Shown: positions 51,528 to 61,243 of the stretch, one piece after another | Position numbering within the stretch: position 1 is the stretch's first letter | How the letters are laid out: every line of letters begins with the position of its first letter | DNA from: Bacilli bacterium | GTDB taxonomy: Bacteria > Bacillota_I > Bacilli_A > ML615J-28 > CAG-698 | DNA: 64,000 nt | Direction: 5' to 3' | NCBI GenBank assembly: GCA_050953065.1 | Contig: JBMNLZ010000003.1 | Location: 32,001 to 96,000, forward strand | The notes under the pieces: model-generated | Told to the model about the DNA's origin: nothing | Seen by the model: the letters and a program-made list of their open reading frames with translations, nothing else | Databases searched by the model: none | Position numbers and translations under genes: made by a program

Positions 51528-52211
51528 TTATGATAACATTATTTTTTCTAAATCAAGAGGATCTACTCTTTTACCATCCTTATAGGCTCTCATATTTCCA
51601 CCACTAATTTCATCAATTAATGCAATATGTTTATCCTCACCAACTCTTCCAAATTCAAATTTTATATCGTAAAGTTCCAAACCTTTTTTTAATAATTCTT
51701 CTTTTATGATTCCAGCAATTTTTTGAGTTAAAATTTTTAAAATTTTATATTCCTCTTTAGTTAAAATTCCAAGCATTGCTAAAGCATCTTCTGTAATTGG
51801 TGGATCGTTTCTATCATCATCTTTTAATGTTACTTCCACAAAAGCATCTAAATCTTGACCTTCTTTTGCATATTTACCATATCTCTTCAAAAAACTACCT
51901 ACTGCTTTATACCTACAAATCACTTCTAATCCTTCTCCAAATGCAGTAGCTTTTTTTACTATCATTGAATTATTATTAAGATCAGATGAAATATAATGCG
52001 TTGGAATTCCTAAAGCATTAATTTTTTCAAAGAAAAACTTTGTTAGTTTAAGTCCTGCAAGTCCCACGCCTTCAATAGATAAACCAACAGTGTTTGCACC
52101 TGGATCAAATACACCATTTTCTCCAGTTACATCATCTTTAAATTTAAGTAAACAATTACCATCTTCTAATTCATAAACATCTTTAGTTTTACCAGTATAG
52201 ATTTTTTTCAC
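51528..52211 (-). CDS. purC: SAICAR synthetase
   Basis: YTGKTKDVY, FKDD, LEVICRY.A.GSF, DIKFEFG, LIDEI; likely start GTG 52211 (SD AGGGTG). Confidence 0.9.
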   Translation of the reverse strand: MKKIYTGKTKDVYELEDGNCLLKFKDDVTGENGVFDPGANTVGLSIEGVGLAGLKLTKFFFEKINALGIPTHYISSDLNNNSMIVKKATAFGEGLEVICRYKAVGSFLKRYGKYAKEGQDLDAFVEVTLKDDDRNDPPITEDALAMLGILTKEEYKILKILTQKIAGIIKEELLKKGLELYDIKFEFGRVGEDKHIALIDEISGGNMRAYKDGKRVDPLDLEKIMLS

Positions 52212-52233
52212 TTTTTTCACCCTTTATAAAAAA

Positions 52234-52310
52234 TGGCGCGCCCAAGAGGATTCGAACCCCTGGCCTTTTGGTCCGTAGCCAAACGCTCTATCCAGCTGAG
52301 CTATGGGCGC
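52234..52310 (-). tRNA. tRNA-Arg (ACG)
   Basis: GCGCCCATAGCTCAGCTGGATAGAGC-TTTGGCTACGGACCAAA-GGTTCGAATCC...GCGCGCCA. Confidence 0.97.
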
Positions 52311-52324
52311 ATTTATACTATAAT

Positions 52325-52353
52325 ATTATACTTAAATTAGGAGTTAAAGTCAA
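52325..52353 (-). promoter_or_regulatory. Promoter of tRNA-Arg (and probably purC)
   Basis: TTGACT-17 bp-TATAAT. Confidence 0.7.
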
Positions 52354-52380
52354 GATTTTTATATTTTGAAAAATAAAAAA

Positions 52381-52413
52381 AGGCTATAGCCTTTTTTAAA
52401 ATGACCATAGCCT
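52381..52413 (-). terminator. Terminator after the phosphodiester glycosidase gene
   Basis: aggctat...atagcct stem with U-tract. Confidence 0.6.
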
Positions 52414-52426
52414 AAATATCTCTTAA

Positions 52427-55400
52427 TTATCTAGGAGCAACAACCAATACTACAGATGTTACACTTCTATTTTCAGAAGGAGAGTTTGCAGCTGTAAACG
52501 AAGCAGTTGTTCCATATGATGAACCAGTTCTAATCATAAGTCTAGTAGAACCACCACCATCCATATTATGAGCTTGAACGCAACCATATTTCGCCATTAT
52601 TGCTTGCATTTCTTCAACTCTAACACCACTCATATTAGTTTGTCTACCATCAGCAGCAACTATTACAATCGTACCATCTGCTCTTCTTCCAATCATTGAT
52701 CTTGGATGACGAGCACCCATATCACTTCTTGAATTAATACATGTTTGAGCATCAACTGCAGCAGCATTTAAAATAAATCCACGAGTTGCATTTGTTGCTT
52801 CTCTTATGCCTGCAAAAGCACCTGAAAATTCATATTGAACTTTTAATGTATAACCATTTGCAACTAGATTATTTAAAGTAGCATTGTTACTAGCAATTGC
52901 AAATTGATTTTCACCAAGTGATGCTGAAGATGCATTAGCATTACTAACTGGACCTCTTCCATAGAAATCAGTTCCACTATTTGCAAGTACTCTTACACCA
53001 GTTCCAACAACAAACAATTTACCAGAGCTTGGTTTTGAAACTGACCTTGCAACCGCAGCATGACTTGAGTTATATGTAGCATAAAATACACTAACTGCAC
53101 CAGTTCCAGGATTTGAATTTCTACCTGTAACATCAAAGATTCCAACTTGAGTACCACTAGAATTATAAACTCTAAGTTTTAATGCTTTTGTTGGAGTACC
53201 TTGAATAATTGAATTAGCAGTTCCGTCATTTGGAAATCCTAATGTTTTATAATTAGTATCGCTTCCTTCTGATACAAAGTCAGTCGTACTTGTAACAGTT
53301 GATTTATAAACATGAGTATCAATCATTATAGTACCCATTGTTTGATAAGCTAAAGCTCCTCTTGGCCAAATATCATAAAAGTCAGCATTTATTGCAGCTA
53401 ATACTTTCCAGCTACTATGATTAGATTCATAGTTAGCAGCTAAAGTAGCAACTTGATTCATACTCCATCTTGAAGCACTTGAAAATCTAGTCCATACTAC
53501 AACTTTAGCTCTTCTTGAAGTATCTACAGTTAACACACTTACTCTTTGACTAACTAGTGAGCCTGATGAAGTATATTTTGTAGTTCCACTATATCTACTA
53601 TGCTCTACACCATAGCCTAAAGAATTATATGCAAGTCTTGATCCTTCATTATATGTTCCAACTAATCCAGTAACTGTAGTTGAACTAACAACAGCTATTG
53701 CAATAGTTCCTTTCCCTTTACTGTGAATTGCAGTAATTACAACATTTCCAACTTTTAAAGCTGAAATTGTTCCATATGCTGAAACTGTTGCAACTGATGC
53801 ATCTGAAGTTATAAAAGTACATTCAAGTCTACTTAAGGCAGTTCCTGCAGTATCTCTTACATATATTTGATAGCCTGTTGCTCCAACTTTTAATGAAGCC
53901 CCCGGTTCAGCTGATAGAATAATAGTTCCAGATGGTACAGCTTTTACTGTAATAGCAACTGTCTTTTTAACTGATGTATTAGCAACTGATGTTACTGTGA
54001 TAGTTGCACTACCTGCAGCCTTACCAGTTACCACACCAGTACTTGACACTGTTGCAATTCCTGTATTACTAGAAGTCCACGTAACTGCAGTATTACTAAC
54101 ATTAGTAACAGTTGCAGTTATTTGAAGTGGTTCACCTACATAAATTGAACCACTAGTAGGAGACACTGTCAATTCAGGCATAAGTTGAGCTGTAACTGTT
54201 ATTGCACATGTTGCACTTACAGAATTGTTAGCAACTGAAGTTGCTGTAATTACAGCAGAACCAGCTGCAACACCTGAAACAACACCACTAGAATTTACTG
54301 TAGCAACACTTGTATTACTAGAAGTCCAAGTAACTGCAGTATTTGTAGTATTAGTAACTGTTGCAGTTAAAGTTTTAGTAGTTCCTGCAGCAATACTTGC
54401 TGAAGAAGCAGATATTGTTATAACAGGAAGTGGAGCTTCAGTTACAGTAACTGTAGCTTGAGCTTGCGTTGAATTATCAGCATTAAGTTTAGCAATAATA
54501 GTAGTTGAACCAACTGCAACTGCTGTTACTTTACCATTTGCATCAACTGTTGCAACTGCTGGATTTCCACTTGACCATACAACAGATTTATCTGTTAGTG
54601 ACGCCGCAACTACTGTTGCTATAATCGTTTGATTAGAACCAACACCTAATGCTAAAGAACTTGGATTCAAAGTGATAGATTTTGGATCCGTTACTGTTAT
54701 ATTATGTGTTGCTTTAATACTTGCACTTACAATTGAAGTTGCAGTAATTGTAGCAGTTCCTTCTGCAATACCTGTTACTCGGCCATTTACATCAACTGTT
54801 GCAACACTTGCATTATTTGTTGACCAAATAACTGTGCTATTTGCACCAAGCGGTGAAACAACTGCAGTTAATAATATATTTTGACCATATCCAACATTTG
54901 CTGCACCAGTAATTGCTATACTTGCAGGAAGCGGAATTACTGTTACATTAAAAATAGCTTTTTTATCAGGATCTCCAATTAATGATGCTGTAATTTGTAC
55001 AGAACCACCAGCAACACCTGTTACCCAACCATTCGCATCAACTGTTGCAATTGAAGCATTGCTTGATGTAAATTTAAATGATGCAGGTTCATCAGCTGGA
55101 GTATAACTAACATTTAATTTTGCTTTATTTCCAACTAACACTTCACTAGCACCAGAAAGAGTAATTGAAGTAATAGGACTAGCTGAAGTTTCAAGTTCTT
55201 TTACAAATAATGTGAATGTTCCAAAAACAGTTAAATCATCAGATAAAGATGCTGTAATAGTAACAATCCCAGTTGAAACACCTGTTACAATTCCAAAATT
55301 ATTAACTGTTGCTTTTGTATCATCACTACTTTTCCAAGTAAGACCACCTACAATAGCACCTTGATTTGGAGTTGCTGTTAATATAATTGAATCAGTTGTA

Positions 55401-56098
55401 TTAACAAAGTTACTCCCATTAATAATTAATGATGTTGGTGAAATTGTAACAACACTTTTAACTCTAACAACAACATCAATTGACATAGGTTTTCCATTAA
55501 TTACAGCGATTATTTTAGCATTTCCAGCTTCAACACCTCTTACTGTTCCATTAGCATCAACTGTTGCTGCAGCAGCATTATTTGAAAGCCATGTAATAGC
55601 ACCAGTATATAAACTGCTTCCCTTTAACACTTGCAATACAACTTCTTGCCCAACTTCAATATTTATATCTCCATTAGCAATCGTATATGTATCTTCTGTT
55701 GGATTATCTTCAATTGGATTATCTTCACCACCTGAAGTTGCATCTTCTTCAACAACTTCTACTGTTAATTTTAATTGAGGAGCAGTCCCATTTAATAAAT
55801 TAATATTTAAAAAACCTATTCCAGGACCAACAGCAATAATTAAACCGTTACTACTAACCGTAAAAACAGTTGTATCGCTTGAAACAAAACTAAACTGTGG
55901 TGCAACATTTAATCCTTCCACCCTTGGAATCAAATTAAATTCATCACCAACCTCTAAAACTAAATTGGCATTTTCAACACTTATTGTTGCATCAGTCGTA
56001 GTTACAAATTCTTGGCAGCCCGCAACTGTTATAAGTCCAAAAATAACAACAAACAAAAGCATTATCTTTTTCATACCTTTTTTTGCATAATCTTCCAA
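52427..56098 (-). CDS. Large lipoprotein: about 9 Big_2 domains and a C-terminal phosphodiester glycosidase (NAGPA family)
   Basis: Lipobox VAG-C; Big_2 repeats; AAINADFY, RHPRSMIG, DGRQ..SG, NMDGGGS, ENRSV. Confidence 0.88.
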   Translation of the reverse strand: MEDYAKKGMKKIMLLFVVIFGLITVAGCQEFVTTTDATISVENANLVLEVGDEFNLIPRVEGLNVAPQFSFVSSDTTVFTVSSNGLIIAVGPGIGFLNINLLNGTAPQLKLTVEVVEEDATSGGEDNPIEDNPTEDTYTIANGDINIEVGQEVVLQVLKGSSLYTGAITWLSNNAAAATVDANGTVRGVEAGNAKIIAVINGKPMSIDVVVRVKSVVTISPTSLIINGSNFVNTTDSIILTATPNQGAIVGGLTWKSSDDTKATVNNFGIVTGVSTGIVTITASLSDDLTVFGTFTLFVKELETSASPITSITLSGASEVLVGNKAKLNVSYTPADEPASFKFTSSNASIATVDANGWVTGVAGGSVQITASLIGDPDKKAIFNVTVIPLPASIAITGAANVGYGQNILLTAVVSPLGANSTVIWSTNNASVATVDVNGRVTGIAEGTATITATSIVSASIKATHNITVTDPKSITLNPSSLALGVGSNQTIIATVVAASLTDKSVVWSSGNPAVATVDANGKVTAVAVGSTTIIAKLNADNSTQAQATVTVTEAPLPVITISASSASIAAGTTKTLTATVTNTTNTAVTWTSSNTSVATVNSSGVVSGVAAGSAVITATSVANNSVSATCAITVTAQLMPELTVSPTSGSIYVGEPLQITATVTNVSNTAVTWTSSNTGIATVSSTGVVTGKAAGSATITVTSVANTSVKKTVAITVKAVPSGTIILSAEPGASLKVGATGYQIYVRDTAGTALSRLECTFITSDASVATVSAYGTISALKVGNVVITAIHSKGKGTIAIAVVSSTTVTGLVGTYNEGSRLAYNSLGYGVEHSRYSGTTKYTSSGSLVSQRVSVLTVDTSRRAKVVVWTRFSSASRWSMNQVATLAANYESNHSSWKVLAAINADFYDIWPRGALAYQTMGTIMIDTHVYKSTVTSTTDFVSEGSDTNYKTLGFPNDGTANSIIQGTPTKALKLRVYNSSGTQVGIFDVTGRNSNPGTGAVSVFYATYNSSHAAVARSVSKPSSGKLFVVGTGVRVLANSGTDFYGRGPVSNANASSASLGENQFAIASNNATLNNLVANGYTLKVQYEFSGAFAGIREATNATRGFILNAAAVDAQTCINSRSDMGARHPRSMIGRRADGTIVIVAADGRQTNMSGVRVEEMQAIMAKYGCVQAHNMDGGGSTRLMIRTGSSYGTTASFTAANSPSENRSVTSVVLVVAPR

Positions 56099-56240
56099 AT
56101 TATGCAGTCCCCTTTCTTAAAAATAATCTATTCTTATAATGCACACAAAACTCCACCATACATACTTATTATACTACTTAAAAAAACGATTGTCTATTTA
56201 AGAAAAAGTAGGTTTAATCTATATTTAAGATTTAAAAAAA

Positions 56241-56268
56241 GGCCATTCTCAATTTCTTGAGAATAGCC
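56241..56268 (-). terminator. Terminator after the InlB B-repeat lipoprotein gene
   Basis: ggccattctcaa/ttgagaatagcc stem with U-tract. Confidence 0.7.
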
Positions 56269-56289
56269 CAAAACTATATCAATTGATTA

Positions 56290-59200
56290 TTATTCAGTTG
56301 AAAATCTTGCATATAAAGTAGTTGTTGTTGAAGCTGAAGTTACTTTATTTCCACCTGTTTCAGCATCATACCAACCATCAAATGTATAACCATCTTTATA
56401 TAAAGTAGGTAATTCAGTTAATGGATTATTATAATTAAATACTGTTTGTTGGAAATGAGCTGCCCAGAATCCGTTGGCAATAGTTGCATCTGTATAATCA
56501 GCAATAGTTATACCACCATCTTTTCTTCCAGCTAAGAAGCCCCATGTTTCCCATCTAGTTGCACCAACAGTTGAAGTAGTACTATGAGTATTATTTAATA
56601 TTTTTTGGAATTCAGCAACGTTTCCTGCACTAGCAACAGTAATTAAATACTCAACCATCCACATCCATTTATCTTTATAATTAGCATGATTAAAGAAGTT
56701 TCCTACGTTTCCGTTATTTGAATAGTTTCTACCAATAAAAGCTTTACTACCATCATAACCAGGATCTCCAGATTTTAGTAAAGTCATACGGCCTAAACTA
56801 GAACTTGCATTTGCATTATAGAATGCAGTAAAGTCATCTAGGAAATCATTTACCATTGCTTCTCTTGTTGCATATTTCCAATGTCCACCATCTAAATTAT
56901 AAGTAAGTGTAAATGGAGAAATCCAACCAGCCCATAATTCAACATCTCCAGTATGTCCAACAGGAATAGTTGTAATAGGATCTCCAGTAAGAGCTGCATT
57001 ATTATACCATCCTGTAAAGATAGAACCATCTTTTGTAATAGCTTGTAATACTAAAGCTGTACCATTTGAATGACTCGCAGGGTTGTCTTCATGATTTGCT
57101 AAAGCACCGTTTAGATTGTAAGTAATATTGTAAGTTGAAATGATTTGCCATTGTGCAAATAGATTTACTTCACCAATTGAACCTTTTTCAATCTTAGTAA
57201 CTTTAGTACCACCTTCAGCAGCAGTAAACCAACCTAAGAAGATATATCCTTCTTTTGTTGCTGGAGCAAAAGTAATAGTTTCTGTAATTACTGTATATTT
57301 AGTAGGGTTAGAAGCAGGATTTGTCGCACCTTCACCTTCTGTATAATTAATATTATATTCAATGATAGTGAATTTAGCATATACAGTGATGTCATCTAAT
57401 TTATTTATTTGAGTTATTTGATTAGCAAATGTAGCTTCTGTAAACCAACCATCAAATGTGTAACCTAACTTACTTGCATTTTCTAAAGTAACAGGCATAT
57501 CACTTTCTTTAAATGAAGCAGGATTGTTTGCATGATTATCCCCACCATCTAATACATAAGTAATATAAGCATCAACAATTAATTCCCAATTAGCATGGAA
57601 TGTTTTATTTTCAGTTGATCCAGTTGCAATTTCAGTTACTTTATTATCAAAAGTAGCTTCAGTATACCAACCTAAGAATCTATAAGCATCTCTTGTAGGG
57701 TTAGCTAATGTAATAGTAGGATCCGTAACTTTATAAGTTGCAGGGTTAGAAGGAGAGTTTGTTCCTTCATTTAATACATAAGTAATATCATAATTAATGA
57801 TAGTAAATTGAGCATATAAAATGATATCTGCAAATTCAGTAATTTGAGTTATTTCATTATCAAAAGTAGCTTCTGTAAACCAACCTTCAAATGTATAACC
57901 TGCTTTACTTGCATCTTTTAAAACAACAGGTAAATCTGCTTCTACAAAATATGCAGGGTTATCCTTATCATTATTTCCGCCATCTAATACATAAGTAATA
58001 TCTCTAGCTGCAATCCATTTTGCATAATATGTAACTTCTTTTCCACCATAACCAGTTGAATAAACTTTAATAGGATCATCTGATGTATCCGGTTGTAGAC
58101 ACCAACCTAAGAATTTATATCCTGGGCGAACAACATGTTCTACTCCACCACAACTTAACATAGATGAATAAGGAGCTGTTAAAATATTAGTTACATCATC
58201 AGTTGCAACACCCGGAAGTGTGCCATTTAAGAAATTAAGTTCAATATTTGCAGTTTTAGTTGGTTCTGCAGGTATATTTTGAACAGCAAGCAATGCACCT
58301 ACTGCAATACTATTATATATTTCAATTAAAGTATCTTTATATTGTGAAGTACAATCACCATGATAACTAATATAGAATGTAGCTGCATCATCTTGGAAGC
58401 CAGTGCCCTTACCAACTAACTCATAAACGCCATCAATTGAAGTTGCTTTGAAGCCCATTACACTCCAATATAAACCAGCACGAGCTGTACTTACAAAAAT
58501 TTGATGTCCTGTCCAGTCATGTATTTTATATGCATCAGCATAAATACGTGTCTTTTCACTTCTTCCTGCTATACCAGCAACAGTAAGTTGACCACCGTTT
58601 AGATTATATGTAATATTTGCTCTATTATCCCATTTAGCATATAATTTAACATCTGCTGTATTTCCAATTTCAATTTCAGTAATTGCATTACCTGTCAATT
58701 CAGCATTATCAAACCATCCCACAAATGCAGCATCTGCTTTAGTAGCTTCTTTTAATACTAACGCAGTAGTATTTTTGTGAGTTGCAGGGTTATCACCATT
58801 AGTTCCACCATTTAATTCATAAGTAATTGCATATGTTACAGCTGCATTAAATTTAGCAGTAATAGTAATATCACCTGTAACAGGAGCCGCAAAGTTATAA
58901 ACTTCTTCTCCTAAATACCAATCATCAAAAAGAAAATCTTCTTTTGTAGGATCTGCAGGTCTACTAACTGTAGTGTTAATTGCAATTGTTTCAGTTACTA
59001 AATTTCCATCAATATTAAATGTAACTACAACAGCCTCAGCAAATAAAGCCTTTAATTCAATATTAGCTCTAACTGGAGCACCAAAGTTATAAGTAGCTCC
59101 ATTTAATTGCCATTCTACAAATACGTATCCTTCTTTAGTTGGATTATCAGGACGAGCTACTGGATCACCATCATTAACTTCTGTTCCAGTAATACTGCCA

Positions 59201-59775
59201 TCAACATTGAATGAAACTTCCCAAACTGCAGCAACAATTTCTTCAAATTTTGCAGTAAGTGTAAGATCAGCAGTAACAGGTTCATCAAAATCATATGCAA
59301 CTTCTGAACCTTCTTCTCCTACAAACCAGTCAGTAAATGTATAACCATCTTTAACTGGATCTTCAGGTCTTTCAACCTTTTGGCCATCTTCTACTTCTAC
59401 TTCAACATCATCTTCACCTTCTACAACAAAAGTTACAATGAACTTTTCAGATTCTACAGCATCTTGCTCAAAGATTGCTATCAAAGTGATGTTAGCAGTT
59501 AGTGCAGTAGCCATATTATATTTAGTAGTTGCACCATCTAAAGCCCAATGTTTGAATGTATATCCAGCTTTAGTAGGATTTGCAGGTACTACCAAATCAC
59601 TAGCTTTTTCAACAGTTTTTGTTGAAACAACAACACCATCTACTTTAAAAGTAACAGTGTACTTAACCGGTTCTTCTCCAGGTTTGTCACAACCTGCAGC
59701 AACAACCGCTACGAACATAAAAACAACTAATAAAAACAAAATTTTAAACAATTTAAATTGTTTTCTTTTTTCCAT
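56290..59775 (-). CDS. Large lipoprotein with about 12 InlB B-repeats (Flg_new) and two inserted domains
   Basis: Start 59775 (SD AAGGAGG), lipobox AAG-C; PxKxGYxFxGW repeats. Confidence 0.87.
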   Translation of the reverse strand: MEKRKQFKLFKILFLLVVFMFVAVVAAGCDKPGEEPVKYTVTFKVDGVVVSTKTVEKASDLVVPANPTKAGYTFKHWALDGATTKYNMATALTANITLIAIFEQDAVESEKFIVTFVVEGEDDVEVEVEDGQKVERPEDPVKDGYTFTDWFVGEEGSEVAYDFDEPVTADLTLTAKFEEIVAAVWEVSFNVDGSITGTEVNDGDPVARPDNPTKEGYVFVEWQLNGATYNFGAPVRANIELKALFAEAVVVTFNIDGNLVTETIAINTTVSRPADPTKEDFLFDDWYLGEEVYNFAAPVTGDITITAKFNAAVTYAITYELNGGTNGDNPATHKNTTALVLKEATKADAAFVGWFDNAELTGNAITEIEIGNTADVKLYAKWDNRANITYNLNGGQLTVAGIAGRSEKTRIYADAYKIHDWTGHQIFVSTARAGLYWSVMGFKATSIDGVYELVGKGTGFQDDAATFYISYHGDCTSQYKDTLIEIYNSIAVGALLAVQNIPAEPTKTANIELNFLNGTLPGVATDDVTNILTAPYSSMLSCGGVEHVVRPGYKFLGWCLQPDTSDDPIKVYSTGYGGKEVTYYAKWIAARDITYVLDGGNNDKDNPAYFVEADLPVVLKDASKAGYTFEGWFTEATFDNEITQITEFADIILYAQFTIINYDITYVLNEGTNSPSNPATYKVTDPTITLANPTRDAYRFLGWYTEATFDNKVTEIATGSTENKTFHANWELIVDAYITYVLDGGDNHANNPASFKESDMPVTLENASKLGYTFDGWFTEATFANQITQINKLDDITVYAKFTIIEYNINYTEGEGATNPASNPTKYTVITETITFAPATKEGYIFLGWFTAAEGGTKVTKIEKGSIGEVNLFAQWQIISTYNITYNLNGALANHEDNPASHSNGTALVLQAITKDGSIFTGWYNNAALTGDPITTIPVGHTGDVELWAGWISPFTLTYNLDGGHWKYATREAMVNDFLDDFTAFYNANASSSLGRMTLLKSGDPGYDGSKAFIGRNYSNNGNVGNFFNHANYKDKWMWMVEYLITVASAGNVAEFQKILNNTHSTTSTVGATRWETWGFLAGRKDGGITIADYTDATIANGFWAAHFQQTVFNYNNPLTELPTLYKDGYTFDGWYDAETGGNKVTSASTTTTLYARFSTE

Positions 59776-59871
59776 ACATACCTCCTTGTATAATGATATT
59801 TTACCATATTTAAAACAATAATGCAAGTTTTTGCACTACAAATAAGCCATATTTTAATGTTTTTTAAAAAT

Positions 59872-61218
59872 TTAAACCTCTTCAGTTTCAATCATTTTAA
59901 TTTCAGGTTTTTTCTTTCTATTATATAAAAACGCACAAACAAAAGTAGAAACCGGAACTGTTAATATTAAAGTAAAACAACCAATTAATGTTTGAACTAG
60001 TTCAATAATCACATCTTCTCTACTAAACAACTCTACTGTTCTAACATGAGACATCAAATAAATTGATGTTCCAAGCGCTGTGCCAATATATGCTAAAATC
60101 AAAGTATTAGCCATTGTTCCAATAATATCACGACCTATTACCATACCAGATTTAACTGTTTGTTTAAAACTTGGATTAACTGCTGTATCATTTAATTCTT
60201 GTAAAGCAGAACACATTGATATAGCAACATCCATTACAGCCCCCAAAGCTCCTATTGTAATGGTTCCAAACAAGACTGCTCTTAAGTCAATAGGTCCTCT
60301 CGGAATATCAAGCATCAATAATAACTGATATTCTTCAATATTTTGAAATCCTGTCAAATGAGTTGCTTTTCTTATAATTACCGTTAAAATTGCTCCTAGG
60401 GCAATTCCACATAAACACGCAAAAGCCGATGCTAGGCCCTTTTTAGTGGCTCCAACAACAAATAAAATGGTAATCGTCACGGTAAATAAGCAAGTTATCA
60501 AAGTCCATAAATAAATATTTCTTCCTGATAAAGCTGCAGGAATATATACAAAAAAAATTCCTAAACAAGTAAATCCTAAAGAACAAGCTGCAGTTATTCC
60601 TCTAAAGCCACCAAACACAATAATTAAAACAAGGAATAATATAGCTAACCAAATTACTTTATCAATTCTATGGTATCTATAAAAAGTCCAAGGAATCTCG
60701 CCTGATAAGGATTCTTCAAGTTCTGGATTAGGTATTTCTGAATTGTATTCATGCAAGTTGACCTTATCACCAACACTTATCTCATCCTCAGGCCATGAAT
60801 CGTAAGTATAGTTTAATACTTGAACTGCTCTAGTAGTTTCACCTTTATTTTCTCCCCAAATAATAACACCTTCAAAAACAAGATAATGTCTATGTGAAGG
60901 AATATATTCATAATATACTTCTTCACTATCTGGAGATACTTGGTGCTCCCTAAAATAACTTAAATCCTCAATCGATCTACCACAAACTTCAGTAACCTTT
61001 ATTCTAACTAAGGGTTGGCTTTGAATCTCACCCCAAAAATTACTTCTTACATAATCAAAATTACAGATTACTAAGAAAAGAATGGCAAAAATTACTGTTC
61101 CAATAAAAACTAAAACTTCTTTTAAATTAAATTTTGCTATGATATGATTTTTTGTTTTATTAAATCCTAATTTTATATATTCCCAAATTGCAGCAAAAAA
61201 TTTTTTAACCTTTTCCAT
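59872..61218 (-). CDS. YibE/F family membrane protein
   Basis: IGALGAVMDVAISM, GRDIIGTMANTLILAYIG; multiple TMs. Confidence 0.88.
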   Translation of the reverse strand: MEKVKKFFAAIWEYIKLGFNKTKNHIIAKFNLKEVLVFIGTVIFAILFLVICNFDYVRSNFWGEIQSQPLVRIKVTEVCGRSIEDLSYFREHQVSPDSEEVYYEYIPSHRHYLVFEGVIIWGENKGETTRAVQVLNYTYDSWPEDEISVGDKVNLHEYNSEIPNPELEESLSGEIPWTFYRYHRIDKVIWLAILFLVLIIVFGGFRGITAACSLGFTCLGIFFVYIPAALSGRNIYLWTLITCLFTVTITILFVVGATKKGLASAFACLCGIALGAILTVIIRKATHLTGFQNIEEYQLLLMLDIPRGPIDLRAVLFGTITIGALGAVMDVAISMCSALQELNDTAVNPSFKQTVKSGMVIGRDIIGTMANTLILAYIGTALGTSIYLMSHVRTVELFSREDVIIELVQTLIGCFTLILTVPVSTFVCAFLYNRKKKPEIKMIETEEV

Positions 61219-61243
61219 CTAAAATCATCCTTTCCTTTATTTT

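Noticed and set aside
49720-52310. Integrated mobile element or prophage at the tRNA cluster
   Set aside because: No integrase, transposase or duplicated tRNA 3' end (att site) seen
12715-59775. Diversity-generating retroelement or invertase shufflon acting on the repeat lipoproteins
   Set aside because: No reverse transcriptase or recombinase in the window, and no adenine-specific TR/VR pair or inverted cassettes seen
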